Positions 1 to 10,100 of a stretch of 61,147 bases of DNA are shown one piece after another. Positions within the stretch are counted from its first letter, which is position 1; every line of letters begins with the position of its first letter. The stretch spans positions 1 through 61,147 of the forward strand of contig JBBTSD010000012.1 of assembly GCA_038064835.1 (NCBI GenBank). The letters run 5' to 3'. The translations under genes were made by a program, and so were the position numbers. This DNA comes from Patescibacteria group bacterium (lineage in GTDB: Bacteria; Patescibacteriota; Minisyncoccia; Phycocordibacterales; UBA2100). Below the pieces are notes generated by a model. It was not told the origin of the DNA. It did no database searches and saw nothing but the letters and a program-made list of their open reading frames with translations.

Positions 1-55
1 AATGGGCGGCGGCGGATTGCGCCCTGCGGGCGCGAGCTAATTCGGAGGGCGGGCA
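1..55. repeat. Left arm of a 55-bp perfect inverted repeat flanking the recombinase (may extend beyond the window)
   Basis: 1-55 is the exact reverse complement of 1532-1586; weaker similarity continues (66-83 vs 1514-1531). Confidence 0.95.
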
Positions 56-115
56 GGATGCAAGAAATGAAATCGGAAATGGTACTTGTCGGTTTTGAAT
101 CCATAATCTATTTAT

Positions 116-1675
116 ATGTCGGCTCAACCAAAATATTTTCTCTACGCGCGCAAAAGCACCGAGGACGACGATAAGCAAGTGATGTCCATCGAGGCGCAAC
201 TTTTCGAGCTACGCGAGTATGCGCGCAGAGAAAATCTTGAAATTCTTGAGGAATTTCAAGAGTCGAAAAGCGCAAAGAGTCCGGGGCGGGATATTTTCGG
301 CAAGCTGATGATGCGCGTCGAGAGTATGCAGGGCGTCGGGATTTTGGCGTGGCATCCTGACCGTTTGGCGCGCAATTCGATTGACGGCGGGCGCATCATC
401 TACGCCGTGGACACCACGCGGATTGTCTCTTTGCGCTTTCCGACATTTTGGTTTGAGCCGACGCCGCAGGGGCTCTTTATGTTGCAAGTGGCGTTCGGCC
501 AGTCGAAATATTACAGCGATAATCTCAAACAGAACGTTGAGCGAGGGTTCCGCCAAAAACTGCGCCGTGGCGAGTGGCTGACCCGCGCGCCGTTCGGCTA
601 TGTGAATAATCCGCGCACGCGGAATATCGAGCCGGACGCGGTAAAATCGCGGGTCGTGGCGCGCGCGTACGAAGTGTATGCCAAAGGCGGATATACGCTG
701 GTATCGTTGGCGCAGTTTTTGGCGGAACACGGCGTTACTACACAGGCCGGAACGCCACTTGGCAAAGCTTCCGTGGCGCGACTTCTTTCCAATCGTGCGT
801 ATTTGGGGTTTACCAAACATCACGGCGAATTTTTCCCCGGAAGCTTTGCGCCAATTCTTTCTGCGCCACTGTTTGAAGCCGTCCAAAAGAAATTGCATGA
901 ACGAGCGCGTCCTCGCCACAGCCGCGTCCGCCATGATTTTCCATTTACGGGTTTGTTCCGATGCGGCGAGTGTGCGTCGATGATTACCGCACAGTGGGCA
1001 ATCGGACGACATGGCGGACGCTACCGCTACTACCGTTGCACCAAAAAGAACGGTAAGTGCGGTCAGGGATATTTGCAGGAGGACGCGCTCGTCATGCAGA
1101 CAAAGGAACGGCTTCAATCAGTGTCGCTCCCCGACGACTGGGCATCGTACATGCTTGGCAAAGTGGAGGAATGGGACACAGCCGAGAAGCAGTCGTCGGG
1201 GAGTCATGCCGAGCGGCTGAAATTCGAAACAAAAGAGATCGAGCGAAAGCTTGACGCCCTCGTTGATTTGCATTTGAACGGCGATATTGAGCGCGCGGGG
1301 TATCTCACGAAAAAAGACGAGTTTATGAGGCGCAAGCTTTCGCTCGATGCCAAATTGTCAGCCGCCCGACATGGCAGAAAGAATTGGGTCGAACCCCTGC
1401 GGCAGTGGATTTTGGATTCAAAACGCGCGGGGTTTCTGGCGAGCAGTACAAACTACGCGGAAATACGCGAGTTTGTCCGTTCCTTCGGAACGAACCCCGC
1501 GTTGTGCGACAAGACCATTTCGTTTTCATTTTGCCCGCCCTCCGAATTAGCTCGCGCCCGCAGGGCGCAATCCGCCGCCGCCCATTCCCGCGCCGCTTCG
1601 CGGCGCGGCTCCGCCGCACTCAATCCGGACGAAGTTCTAAATTGTGACCCTACCGGGAATCGAACCCGGGTTTAA
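116..1675 (+). CDS. Large serine recombinase (resolvase + recombinase + Zn-ribbon + coiled coil)
   Basis: YARKS catalytic Ser motif, DRLAR, PFGY, CGEC...YYRC zinc ribbon; 3' end overlaps tRNA-Glu. Confidence 0.92.
   Translation: MSAQPKYFLYARKSTEDDDKQVMSIEAQLFELREYARRENLEILEEFQESKSAKSPGRDIFGKLMMRVESMQGVGILAWHPDRLARNSIDGGRIIYAVDTTRIVSLRFPTFWFEPTPQGLFMLQVAFGQSKYYSDNLKQNVERGFRQKLRRGEWLTRAPFGYVNNPRTRNIEPDAVKSRVVARAYEVYAKGGYTLVSLAQFLAEHGVTTQAGTPLGKASVARLLSNRAYLGFTKHHGEFFPGSFAPILSAPLFEAVQKKLHERARPRHSRVRHDFPFTGLFRCGECASMITAQWAIGRHGGRYRYYRCTKKNGKCGQGYLQEDALVMQTKERLQSVSLPDDWASYMLGKVEEWDTAEKQSSGSHAERLKFETKEIERKLDALVDLHLNGDIERAGYLTKKDEFMRRKLSLDAKLSAARHGRKNWVEPLRQWILDSKRAGFLASSTNYAEIREFVRSFGTNPALCDKTISFSFCPPSELARARRAQSAAAHSRAASRRGSAALNPDEVLNCDPTGNRTRV
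1532..1586. repeat. Right arm of the 55-bp inverted repeat, inside the recombinase 3' end
   Basis: Exact reverse complement of 1-55; followed by a 9-bp GC hairpin at 1588-1608. Confidence 0.95.
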
Positions 1676-1716
1676 GCCTTGAGAAGGCTCCGTCCTAGCC
1701 GCTAGACGATAGGGCC
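1645..1716 (-). tRNA. tRNA-Glu(CTC), CCA not encoded
   Basis: Acceptor GGCCCTA/TAGGGTC, anticodon arm GAGCC-TT-CTC-AA-GGCTT, GGTTCGATTCC T-arm. Confidence 0.95.
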
Positions 1717-1787
1717 GCAACAGGAATATACCACAATTCTCTGCCCTGACCAGACCTTTTGAGTACAAATATTTGGAAAAAGGACTC

Positions 1788-2153
1788 TTAGAGCCCCATT
1801 GCGCGGCTAAATAAATATGCCATGACACCTACGATTGCCCATAGGGGGATGGAAAGCCAGCTGGTGTAGCCTTGAATAGCTAGGCGTTTATACTCCCACA
1901 ACCTCGTACCCAGTGCTTGATGATAGGCCCACCCCACCAGCCATTCCATCATCGTGCCCCCAATACCACTCACAGCTCCGACAACCAAAATTTTTGGCCC
2001 GAGTGTGTATGAAAACCAAACTGTAAGAAGCAGTGGCGCAAAAAAGAGCGCAACATATTCCGAAATACGGAAACCCTTGGTCTTTTTTCCGTAGGATGCG
2101 GCGACAAACAAACCAAGTACTGTTGTAAGTGAAAACTGAATGAGCTCAGTCAT
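1788..2153 (-). CDS. Small multi-pass membrane protein
   Basis: 121 aa, about 4 hydrophobic segments, RLWEY..SWLSIPLW. Confidence 0.7.
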   Translation of the reverse strand: MTELIQFSLTTVLGLFVAASYGKKTKGFRISEYVALFFAPLLLTVWFSYTLGPKILVVGAVSGIGGTMMEWLVGWAYHQALGTRLWEYKRLAIQGYTSWLSIPLWAIVGVMAYLFSRAMGL

Positions 2154-2184
2154 ATACCTGTAACATCAGTGTATCACTGGTACA

Positions 2185-3489
2185 TCACACAATGGCAATC
2201 CATTCCCTTTCTTGTCGGACAAGTACTTTTTTTGCTTCCGTCGGATCGGCCATCACTTCTTTTACAAACCGTTCCATACGGATCTTGTTTTGTGATCCTT
2301 TCACCAACACGATGTCGCCTTTTTTAAGGAGTGGTGCGAGTTCTTTACCGGCTTTTCCTGACTCGCCATACCCATAGCGCCGAATATGTTCCAGAGGCAT
2401 ACCTGCGGCAAGTGCAGATTCAGCAAGTGCACCGGACTCTTCGCCTACGGTGATGAGCTGGTCTGCAAGCGGAGCTACTTTCCTGCCCACGCGTGCATGC
2501 GCGTCTTTGCTATGCTCACCCAGCTCACGCATGTCGCCAAGCGCGACGAGTATCCGCCCCCCGTGCTTGCGCAATTCTGCAAGAGTCTCAAGTGCAACCA
2601 GAACTGCCGCAGGAGATGAATTGTATGAATCATCAATGATAGTAGAACCGTGAAGGCCACGCACGATGCGCATGCGGCCGGGTGGTGCAACATGCCGTGC
2701 ATATACTGCTTCAATGACACGCGGCTCAATCCCTTCGGAAAGTGCTACCGCGACACCGCCTAACACCGCATACACATGAGCCCGTCCCAAACATCCGGGA
2801 AGCATTATGGCGAATGAACTGCCTTTATAGGAAACGCAGAAACGAACGCCCGCTGGCACATTATTTTCCCACACAACTTCATAGTCAGTTGCGCGCACCA
2901 TCACCCCCTCAGTAAAACCATAGGTGAGTGTGCGTCCGCCGGCGCGATTTTTCATACTGCGCACTCGTTGATCGTCGCCGTTCAGTACGAGCGTCCCTTT
3001 TGATTTCAGCGCGGCAACGAGCGATTCTTTTTCCCGTACTACTGCCTCGACCGAGTCGTAAAAGGCAATGTGTGGCGGAACATCCGGCACTCCCGTCACT
3101 ACCGCACAATCAGGTACAAGGTAACGCATGATTCGCGCAATGTCCCCAGGATGGTCTGCGCCCACCTCGAGCACAAGCACACGAGCAAAATGATTCCGAA
3201 ACACAATCAGTTTAAGCCCTTCCCATAGTACAGAAAGCCATCCTGGTATACTTTCCCACGCATTGGTTGCGCCCAAAATTGCCAAAGGAACACCGATATC
3301 AGTGTTTAGGGTCTTTTCACTTTTTTGTACGAATTGCGATGAGCTGAGCGCCGTAAAAACGGCATCCTTGGTAGTGGTCTTTCCTACACTACCAGTGACC
3401 GCAATGACGCGTGGCTTGTATTTACGCAATACTATACGAGCTTCAAGGGTGACAAGAAATACAACAATACTGCGAAAGAGAGCTTTCAT
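2185..3489 (-). CDS. murF: UDP-MurNAc-tripeptide:D-Ala-D-Ala ligase
   Basis: VTGSVGKTTTK, IDDSYNSSP, LGDMRELG, VLVKGS. Confidence 0.92.
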   Translation of the reverse strand: MKALFRSIVVFLVTLEARIVLRKYKPRVIAVTGSVGKTTTKDAVFTALSSSQFVQKSEKTLNTDIGVPLAILGATNAWESIPGWLSVLWEGLKLIVFRNHFARVLVLEVGADHPGDIARIMRYLVPDCAVVTGVPDVPPHIAFYDSVEAVVREKESLVAALKSKGTLVLNGDDQRVRSMKNRAGGRTLTYGFTEGVMVRATDYEVVWENNVPAGVRFCVSYKGSSFAIMLPGCLGRAHVYAVLGGVAVALSEGIEPRVIEAVYARHVAPPGRMRIVRGLHGSTIIDDSYNSSPAAVLVALETLAELRKHGGRILVALGDMRELGEHSKDAHARVGRKVAPLADQLITVGEESGALAESALAAGMPLEHIRRYGYGESGKAGKELAPLLKKGDIVLVKGSQNKIRMERFVKEVMADPTEAKKVLVRQEREWIAIV

Positions 3490-3492
3490 AGA

Positions 3493-5202
3493 TTATCTAT
3501 CGGGGGGCACATCATAATAGCTAATTAAAAAGCGCGCGAGCTCACCAAATGGCTCGGCCAATGTTTGCGATGCATAGGTAACACCTTTAGGTTCGACGGT
3601 GAACAGGAAAATAAGAAAACGGGCATCATGTGCTGGAAAATAGCCAAAAAATGAATGGAGGTATCGATCTGGATAGTAGCCACCGCCTGCCACAGCGATC
3701 TGCGCCGTTCCTGTTTTTGCAGCTATTGAGTAGTGCTCCATCTTTAGCTTTCCTTGGAGCAGGGCATCGTCAACAACTTTTACTAACATTCGCGTCACCG
3801 TGTCAGCGCTCTCAGCACTCACAACACGACGATCCCCCTCTTGCCACGCTCGATGATGCACTCCGCTTGGGTAATAAAATTGATCAACAACATGCGGATT
3901 TACAATAACGCCATGATTGGCCAGTGCGCCAAGTGCGCGTGTCATTGCGATAGGCGTTACCGCGATTCCCTGACCAAACGACGCGGAAGCGAGGTCGAGT
4001 GCGCTTCCGCTTTGCAATGCCGACAACAACCCTGGAACTTCACCTGGCAAATCTATTCCGGTTTCTTCACCAAGACCAAACGAGGTGAAATATCGAGCAA
4101 ATGTTTCAATACCCATTTGTTCGGCGACAAAAGCTGCGCCTGTATTGAGCGATTGACTGAGCACTTCTTGCATGGGTACACGCCCACGCGCTCGTCCGTC
4201 GTAATTTGAAACGCGTGCACCATCGCGCACAATCACACCAGTATCAGTGTATTCGGTCGTAGAGGTCACAGCCTTACTATCGATTCCAGCGAGCATCGTC
4301 AATGGCTTCATGGTGGACCCAAATTCGTACAATCCTTCGACCATCGGATTTGAAAAAACACCGGGGTCGGTTACAGACCCATATGCATTCGGATCAAATG
4401 TGGGGTACGCTGCCATGGCAAGTACTGCGCCTGTTTTTGGATCCAAAATGACACCACCGACGATTTTCGGCGAATAGGTTTCTGCTACTGATGCAAGAAT
4501 TTCCTCCAAACGCTGTTCGACAGTTGGTTCAATTGCGGTGATCAGATCTGCTCCCTGTCCGTTTGCATCACCTCCACCAAGTGCCACTGCATTTACCAAT
4601 AGGTCCGCAAAGAAACTTTTGTTTGGGCCTTCGTTTTTCTTAGAAATCTTATCTTCCCAGTATCTTTCGAGTCCTGCCCGGCCAACCCGTCGATCGGCTT
4701 TGTACCCCACAAAACCTAGCACATGTGCCCCGTGTGTTCTCCCAGGATAAATGCGCAAGCGTTCTGGAGAGGTTGATACCCCGATTATTTTCAATGCGTT
4801 AATTTTTTCCACGACTTCACGGGACACATGCTTTGCCACCGTTTCGTGAGGATCGTTGATCTTTGCAACAGCACGCTTAAATAGTTCAGAATCTATCGGT
4901 GTAATTGCATTCAGCGCCGTGTACACTGTGTCGGCGTTTTTGAGAATTGTTAAATTGAGATTTACATTGTAGGCAGTTTGTACAAGTGCAGCGGCAGCTC
5001 GACTACCACTCTTTTCAGTAAAGAAAATATCTCCTCGTTCGAGCATTTCCTGTGTAGCGCCGCCTAGTTGATTCTCAGCCTTTGCCAAATAGGCATCGTG
5101 TTCGACTACCGAGATGTAGTACAATTTGGCAACCAGTATCAGCGCCACGGTAATAAGTACCGCAGCGATAATGCGCAATCTGACAATGAGGGTGCGCCTC
5201 AT
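3493..5202 (-). CDS. ftsI: Class B penicillin-binding protein (FtsI-like)
   Basis: N-terminal TM, GSTMKP (SxxK), SLN (SxN), KTGTAQ; dcw context. Confidence 0.88.
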   Translation of the reverse strand: MRRTLIVRLRIIAAVLITVALILVAKLYYISVVEHDAYLAKAENQLGGATQEMLERGDIFFTEKSGSRAAAALVQTAYNVNLNLTILKNADTVYTALNAITPIDSELFKRAVAKINDPHETVAKHVSREVVEKINALKIIGVSTSPERLRIYPGRTHGAHVLGFVGYKADRRVGRAGLERYWEDKISKKNEGPNKSFFADLLVNAVALGGGDANGQGADLITAIEPTVEQRLEEILASVAETYSPKIVGGVILDPKTGAVLAMAAYPTFDPNAYGSVTDPGVFSNPMVEGLYEFGSTMKPLTMLAGIDSKAVTSTTEYTDTGVIVRDGARVSNYDGRARGRVPMQEVLSQSLNTGAAFVAEQMGIETFARYFTSFGLGEETGIDLPGEVPGLLSALQSGSALDLASASFGQGIAVTPIAMTRALGALANHGVIVNPHVVDQFYYPSGVHHRAWQEGDRRVVSAESADTVTRMLVKVVDDALLQGKLKMEHYSIAAKTGTAQIAVAGGGYYPDRYLHSFFGYFPAHDARFLIFLFTVEPKGVTYASQTLAEPFGELARFLISYYDVPPDR

Positions 5203-5226
5203 AGATTCATTCTAACAGAACGCGCG

Positions 5227-5553
5227 TTAGCGTGTAGCCTGCCCAAGTGTAACGGTGCGGGAAGCGAATACTTTGTCGCTAGTGGCAACAAGTTGAAACT
5301 CCTCGGCTCGTTGTGTCGTAATCGAGCGGGCAATCTCAGCATAGTCTCGCTCCAAGACGGCAAGCACATTCTGCTTTTCGCTGATTTTTTCAGCAGTGTC
5401 TCGTTGCACAACAGCGTGTAGTACTGAAGAAACGGTTAGATAGCCGTAACCAGCCAGACAGAAAATCATCATGAAAAGTGCCAAACGACGAACAGACACC
5501 TCTCGAGGGTGTTCGTGGTATACCAAGCTTTGCGTTAGTGTGTGGTAAGTCAT
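5227..5553 (-). CDS. FtsL-like division protein (TM + coiled coil)
   Basis: Lies between rsmH and ftsI; single TM followed by coiled coil. Confidence 0.6.
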   Translation of the reverse strand: MTYHTLTQSLVYHEHPREVSVRRLALFMMIFCLAGYGYLTVSSVLHAVVQRDTAEKISEKQNVLAVLERDYAEIARSITTQRAEEFQLVATSDKVFASRTVTLGQATR

Positions 5554-6440
5554 ATTTTTGAAAAAACAAAAGTGCGAAGTTTCGCGCTGCGTGCGGCGGG
5601 GTTTTCATTCATCTCGTCTCTCGTCGGGACAACTGGCTTTTTGGTAAGTGGTAGACCCATTCCCCTTTTTTTCCATTCAAGAAATCGCCGTTTTACTATT
5701 CGGTCCTCTATGCTGTGAAAAGTGACAAATGAAACTCGTCCATCTGGTCTCATTCGTGCTGGTAGCTTGTCGAGCACTTCAGCCAGAGCACCCATCTCAT
5801 CATTTACCGCCATGCGCAATGCCTGAAAAGTGCGTGTGGCAGGATGTGTACGACCACGCTTAGGAAGTACTGATTCGATGATTCCCGCAAGCTGTGCGGA
5901 AGTTGTAATCGGTCCTTTAGTGCGTGCAGAAAGAATTGCCGACGCAATGCGCTTTGCCGCCCGCTCTTCTCCCCACCCTTCCAGAATCGCAATAATGCTT
6001 TCGGGCTCCCACTCGTTCACAATGTCACTCGCAGTCAGTAGTTGCTTTTCTGATGAAAATGTCATCAGAAGAGGCTCGTCTGCGCGGAAAGAAAATCCAC
6101 GCCCCGACGAAAGCTGTTCAGTGCGCCATCCTAAATCAAACAAAGCGCGGTCAATCTGCGGTATGTGCAGGTTGTCGAGCACTGATTCGAATGAGCGAAA
6201 GTTGGCGACAGACAGATGCACCTGTGGTGCAAGCCCTTTCGACTCCGCGGATACTTTTTTTATTGCGTCCGAGTCGGCGTCAATACCCACAAGTACCCCT
6301 TCACTACCGAGAAGAGCCCCTATGGCTTTGAAATGCCCACCCGATCCCACGGTCCCATCGAGCACATGATGCGTGCGCTCGATGTCCATGTGTGAGATTA
6401 CTTCGTGTAAAAGAACAGATCGATGCGTGTTTCGTAGCAT
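5550..6440 (-). CDS. rsmH: 16S rRNA m4C1402 methyltransferase
   Basis: HRSVLL, DGTVGSGGH, RGFSF, TRTFQALR, FHSIEDR, RSAKLR; start reassigned to ATG 6440. Confidence 0.95.
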   Translation of the reverse strand: MLRNTHRSVLLHEVISHMDIERTHHVLDGTVGSGGHFKAIGALLGSEGVLVGIDADSDAIKKVSAESKGLAPQVHLSVANFRSFESVLDNLHIPQIDRALFDLGWRTEQLSSGRGFSFRADEPLLMTFSSEKQLLTASDIVNEWEPESIIAILEGWGEERAAKRIASAILSARTKGPITTSAQLAGIIESVLPKRGRTHPATRTFQALRMAVNDEMGALAEVLDKLPARMRPDGRVSFVTFHSIEDRIVKRRFLEWKKRGMGLPLTKKPVVPTRDEMNENPAARSAKLRTFVFSKI

Positions 6441-6513
6441 CGAGTTGCTGGAGGATGTGAGTAGTCGCGTGCGCATGACGTATGCAAATCCCCCAGCAGC
6501 TCGAAGCCGCAAA

Positions 6514-6948
6514 TTAAAGAACCCCGATCTCGCCCAGCTTTTCAGCCATGGCGTCTGCCTGCTTCTCGATGCGAGTCTTGTATTCTTTCCAAGCCTCCGC
6601 ATCCCAGACCTCGACCCGATCTGATACTCCGGCAAACACCACCACCTTTTGCAAGTGGGCAAACTGCTTCTGGTGGTCCGGAATCAAGATGCGTCCGGTC
6701 TTGTCCGACTCCACTTCAGCGGCCCCAGCCAAGATAAAGCGGTTGAAACCGCGAGTATCTGCTTGCGCAAAAGAAAGGTTCTGTAGGCGTTCAGCAATCT
6801 TTTTCCATGCAGAAAGCGAATAGACGAAGAGGCAGTTATCGAGACCGCGAGTGATGACCATCTTCTTTCCTAGGCCGTTTTTAAAAGCCTTAGGAAGCAT
6901 CACGCGCTTTTTCTCGTCCAATGCATGCTCGTATTCACCGATAAACAT
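6514..6948 (-). CDS. mraZ: Division/cell wall cluster transcriptional repressor
   Basis: MFIGEYEHALDEKKRV, DKTGRILIP, RVEVW. Confidence 0.95.
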   Translation of the reverse strand: MFIGEYEHALDEKKRVMLPKAFKNGLGKKMVITRGLDNCLFVYSLSAWKKIAERLQNLSFAQADTRGFNRFILAGAAEVESDKTGRILIPDHQKQFAHLQKVVVFAGVSDRVEVWDAEAWKEYKTRIEKQADAMAEKLGEIGVL

Positions 6949-6977
6949 ATATGTTGTTTTGCCGAAAAAACTATTGA

Positions 6978-7034
6978 CCCACTTTTTACCACTCTGTGTG
7001 AATTATACGCCACTTCTTACCACCATCCTACCAT
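6978..7034 (-). promoter_or_regulatory. mraZ promoter with MraZ-type GTGG direct repeats
   Basis: GTGG (minus strand) at 6979, 6989, 7010, 7020 in ~10-bp phase around TATAAT at 7002-7007. Confidence 0.75.
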
Positions 7035-7066
7035 AGTTATCCACATGTCTCCAAAAATTGGGATAC

Positions 7067-7093
7067 AAAAAGCCCCGCACTAAGCGGGGCTTT
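7067..7093 (-). terminator. Intrinsic terminator after spoVR
   Basis: AAAGCCCCGC-N5-GCGGGGCTTT hairpin with U tract. Confidence 0.8.
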
Positions 7094-7095
7094 AT

Positions 7096-8640
7096 CTAGA
7101 TACGCTTTACGCCAGAGTCGGGAGTGGCACTGAAGCCATCCCTCACCTTGCCGTCTTCGTGAGCATATTCGAGCAGAATCGGGTAACGCCAGAGACGCGT
7201 CAGGTATTGCATCACCTTTTTGGCATCGTCATCGGCAAGCCTGCTACCATCCACGACATGATAGCGAAGCTTGAGTGTGCGATCACCACGCAGATCTGCA
7301 CCTACCACTTGAATATCGGGGTCACTGCGACCAGCATCATACATCCCCGCAAGTGTCCGGCGCACATGCCGGTAGCCGTGAGGATCATGAATGTGCTCCA
7401 CGGTGACATGCCGTTCACCCTCAACCCTCGAGAGCGAGAACAGACGCATATCGCGCATCAGCTTGGGACTCAAGTACTGAAGAATGAACGACTCATCCCG
7501 ATGTTCAGCCCACGCTTCGCGCAATGCCGCACGCCAGTCGGTTTTGCCGACCAAGGACGGCACATAGTGTAGGTCTTCTTCGGTAGGATTTTCGCACATG
7601 CGACGGATATCACACATCATTTCAAAACCAAGCTTGTACGGGTTGAACCCGGTAAAGCGCGGATCATCGAATTCAGGTTGCGTAATCACCATCGAGTGCA
7701 TGTCTGCAAATTCGAGCATGGCGCTCTCGGGCAGAAGTCCTTTTTCCCACAAGCGGTTCATGATGTAGTGATGCACAAAAGTTGCACATCCTTCATTCAT
7801 GACTTTGGTCTGCCGTTGTGGATGAAAATATTGCGCAATACTGCGGACAATTCGCAGAAGTTCTCGTTGCCATCCATCCAGAGACGGTGAATTCTTTTCC
7901 AGAAAGTACAGAATGTTTTCTTCTGGAAGTCGCAAAGGCATCGGCCGTTTGCCATCACTGAGCGAAGTGTATTCCTCTTCGTCGTCGCCGACGGGTGATT
8001 GAGGCACCGTGCGGTACCACAGCTCGTTGAAGCGCTCAGCCTCATAGTGCCGACGGGCTTTTGCCCGTTCGATCTGCTTGGAATATGACAGCGGCGGTGA
8101 TCGCTTTGCACGAAACACACCCTGCGGCATGAGTGCGTGCGCGGCGTCCAGAATATGCTCCACCGCTTCGATCCCATAACGGTCTTCACACTTGGCGACA
8201 TAGCCCTGCGCAAACTGCAGGTAATCAAGCACCGAACCCGCGTCTGTCCACTCTTTGAACAGATAGTTGTTCTTGAAAAAGTGGTTGTGACCGAATGCCG
8301 CATGTGCAGTGGTCAATGTTTGCATCGTTGCCGTCGAGTCTTCCAGGTAGAAGCTGATGCAGGGATTCGAGTTGATGACGAGTTCGTAGGCGAGTTCGCG
8401 CATGCCACGACGATACAATGCATCTTCTCGAGCAAATTTTTTGCCAAATGACCAGTGCTTGTACATACTCGGCATGCCCACTGATGCATACGCATCGAGC
8501 ATCTGCTCTGACGAGACGACCTGCCGCTGATTCGGGTAAACATCGAGTCCGAGCTCATCACGAGCAATAGGTTCGATTGCATCATAGACCCGCCGTAGCA
8601 AATCGGCGTCCCACGCTGCTCCTTCGTAGAGAAATGCCAT
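7096..8640 (-). CDS. spoVR: SpoVR/YcgB family protein
   Basis: YKHWSFGK, YELVINSNPC, AHAAFGHNHFFKNN, TKVMNEGCATF, NPYKLGF. Confidence 0.93.
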   Translation of the reverse strand: MAFLYEGAAWDADLLRRVYDAIEPIARDELGLDVYPNQRQVVSSEQMLDAYASVGMPSMYKHWSFGKKFAREDALYRRGMRELAYELVINSNPCISFYLEDSTATMQTLTTAHAAFGHNHFFKNNYLFKEWTDAGSVLDYLQFAQGYVAKCEDRYGIEAVEHILDAAHALMPQGVFRAKRSPPLSYSKQIERAKARRHYEAERFNELWYRTVPQSPVGDDEEEYTSLSDGKRPMPLRLPEENILYFLEKNSPSLDGWQRELLRIVRSIAQYFHPQRQTKVMNEGCATFVHHYIMNRLWEKGLLPESAMLEFADMHSMVITQPEFDDPRFTGFNPYKLGFEMMCDIRRMCENPTEEDLHYVPSLVGKTDWRAALREAWAEHRDESFILQYLSPKLMRDMRLFSLSRVEGERHVTVEHIHDPHGYRHVRRTLAGMYDAGRSDPDIQVVGADLRGDRTLKLRYHVVDGSRLADDDAKKVMQYLTRLWRYPILLEYAHEDGKVRDGFSATPDSGVKRI

Positions 8641-8692
8641 TGCTTTCTTCCTTTCATTCCTTGCAATACCCTGCCAGAAAAAGCGCGCCCAA

Positions 8693-10000
8693 TCAATGGG
8701 CGCGCTTGGCGAACAATTCGCGAAACACGGGGTAAATCTGCGTGGCCATATTTGCCACTTTCATGGCAAAGTTCTTTTTGTTGCCGACAGCTTGCTCATA
8801 GGTCGTCCACAAGCTGGTCTTTTGACGCGAAATCATCGATGTCTGCTCTTCGACCACTTCCAGATACGCGAAGTATTGGACCATGGGCAAGAGGACTTCA
8901 GACATCACTTGCGCACATTGCTCGTTGTCATCGGGTATATTGTCGCCGTCAGTCGACTGAGCAATATAGATATTCCAATCCGAGGAATTGTAGCGTTCCT
9001 TAATGATGCGCACTGTTTCGTTTAGCGCACTACTAATTACTGTGCCGCCGGTCTCAGTGCCACGAAAGAAGGTCTCTTCGTCGACTTCTTTTGCTGTCGA
9101 AGTGTGCCGAATGAAGACGACATCCACATCTTGGTAGTGTCGTGTCAAAAAGAGATGCAGGAGCATGAAGAACCGCTTTGATAGGTCCTTGAGGTGCTCG
9201 CTCATTGACGCCGACACATCCATCAAACAGAACATTACGGCCCTGGTTGCCGGTGCCGGTCGCAATTCAAAGCGTTTGTAACGCGGGTCAATCGAAGGAT
9301 CGATATACGGGACGACAATCTGTCTCCGTCGGAGCAAGTCGAGAAGGTCGCGAACAGTCGCGAGTTCGACAAGCTCTTCTTCGAGAATGATTTCGAGAGA
9401 CGCGAGCTCGTGTTCACGCTCCTCGAGAAGGAAGATTTCATCATCCGTTGGTCGATGCAAGGCAATGCGCCGACCAATGCTCATACGCATCGTTCGTGCA
9501 ATGTCGAGATTTGACGGTGTGCCCGAACGAGAAGTGCCCGCGCGCCGTGGCGCACCAAGCAGTACACTCGAAAGCGATGTCTTCACAAGATCGGGAAGTT
9601 CCAGATCCTGAAAGAAAATACTGAGGAACTCATCGCGTGTAAGGACGAACTTGAAATCGTCTTCTCCTTCGCCGTCGGGCGAAGCACCCTTGCCACGACC
9701 ACCCCCACCACCCTCTCCATCGGGGATCGGAATCTTGTCGCCAGACGAATAGGTCTTGTTGCCTGGGAGAACGAAATGTCGATTACCTTTTTTACGATCG
9801 TTATGGAATGTCGGTTCCTCAGTGTTCCCGATGGGGACACTGATGGATTTTCCGTCCGAGGCCTCTTTGAGGGTCCGTGAGCGGATTGCCTCATCTACCG
9901 ACTTTTTGACATCCTTGCGATGTCGGCGGATGAATCGTTGCCGATTCCCGAGGTTCTTGCCGTGCGGTGACTCCCGCCCGTCAACAATCAAGTCGCGCAT
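8693..10000 (-). CDS. yeaH: YeaH/YhbH (UPF0229) vWA-like protein
   Basis: NRQRFIRR, Gly-rich linker, AVMFCLMDVSASM, ETGGTVISSAL, WNIYIAQSTDGDN. Confidence 0.92.
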   Translation of the reverse strand: MRDLIVDGRESPHGKNLGNRQRFIRRHRKDVKKSVDEAIRSRTLKEASDGKSISVPIGNTEEPTFHNDRKKGNRHFVLPGNKTYSSGDKIPIPDGEGGGGGRGKGASPDGEGEDDFKFVLTRDEFLSIFFQDLELPDLVKTSLSSVLLGAPRRAGTSRSGTPSNLDIARTMRMSIGRRIALHRPTDDEIFLLEEREHELASLEIILEEELVELATVRDLLDLLRRRQIVVPYIDPSIDPRYKRFELRPAPATRAVMFCLMDVSASMSEHLKDLSKRFFMLLHLFLTRHYQDVDVVFIRHTSTAKEVDEETFFRGTETGGTVISSALNETVRIIKERYNSSDWNIYIAQSTDGDNIPDDNEQCAQVMSEVLLPMVQYFAYLEVVEEQTSMISRQKTSLWTTYEQAVGNKKNFAMKVANMATQIYPVFRELFAKRAH

Positions 10001-10100
10001 GCTTTCCTCCTGCGTCTCTTTCGCCCATGTCTGCGTTCAAGCCTGTATGGACTCTAGCAAAAAAGGCGACATTGTGAAATGCCGCCCCTTTTATACTGCG

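Noticed and set aside
209-1117. 302-aa minus-strand ORF
   Set aside because: Antisense shadow of the recombinase
6441-6662. N-terminal extension of RsmH in the ORF track
   Set aside because: Overlaps mraZ; homology starts at ATG 6440
7037-7045. Perfect DnaA box TTATCCACA as oriC
   Set aside because: Single box with no cluster and no dnaA nearby; at most a regulatory site
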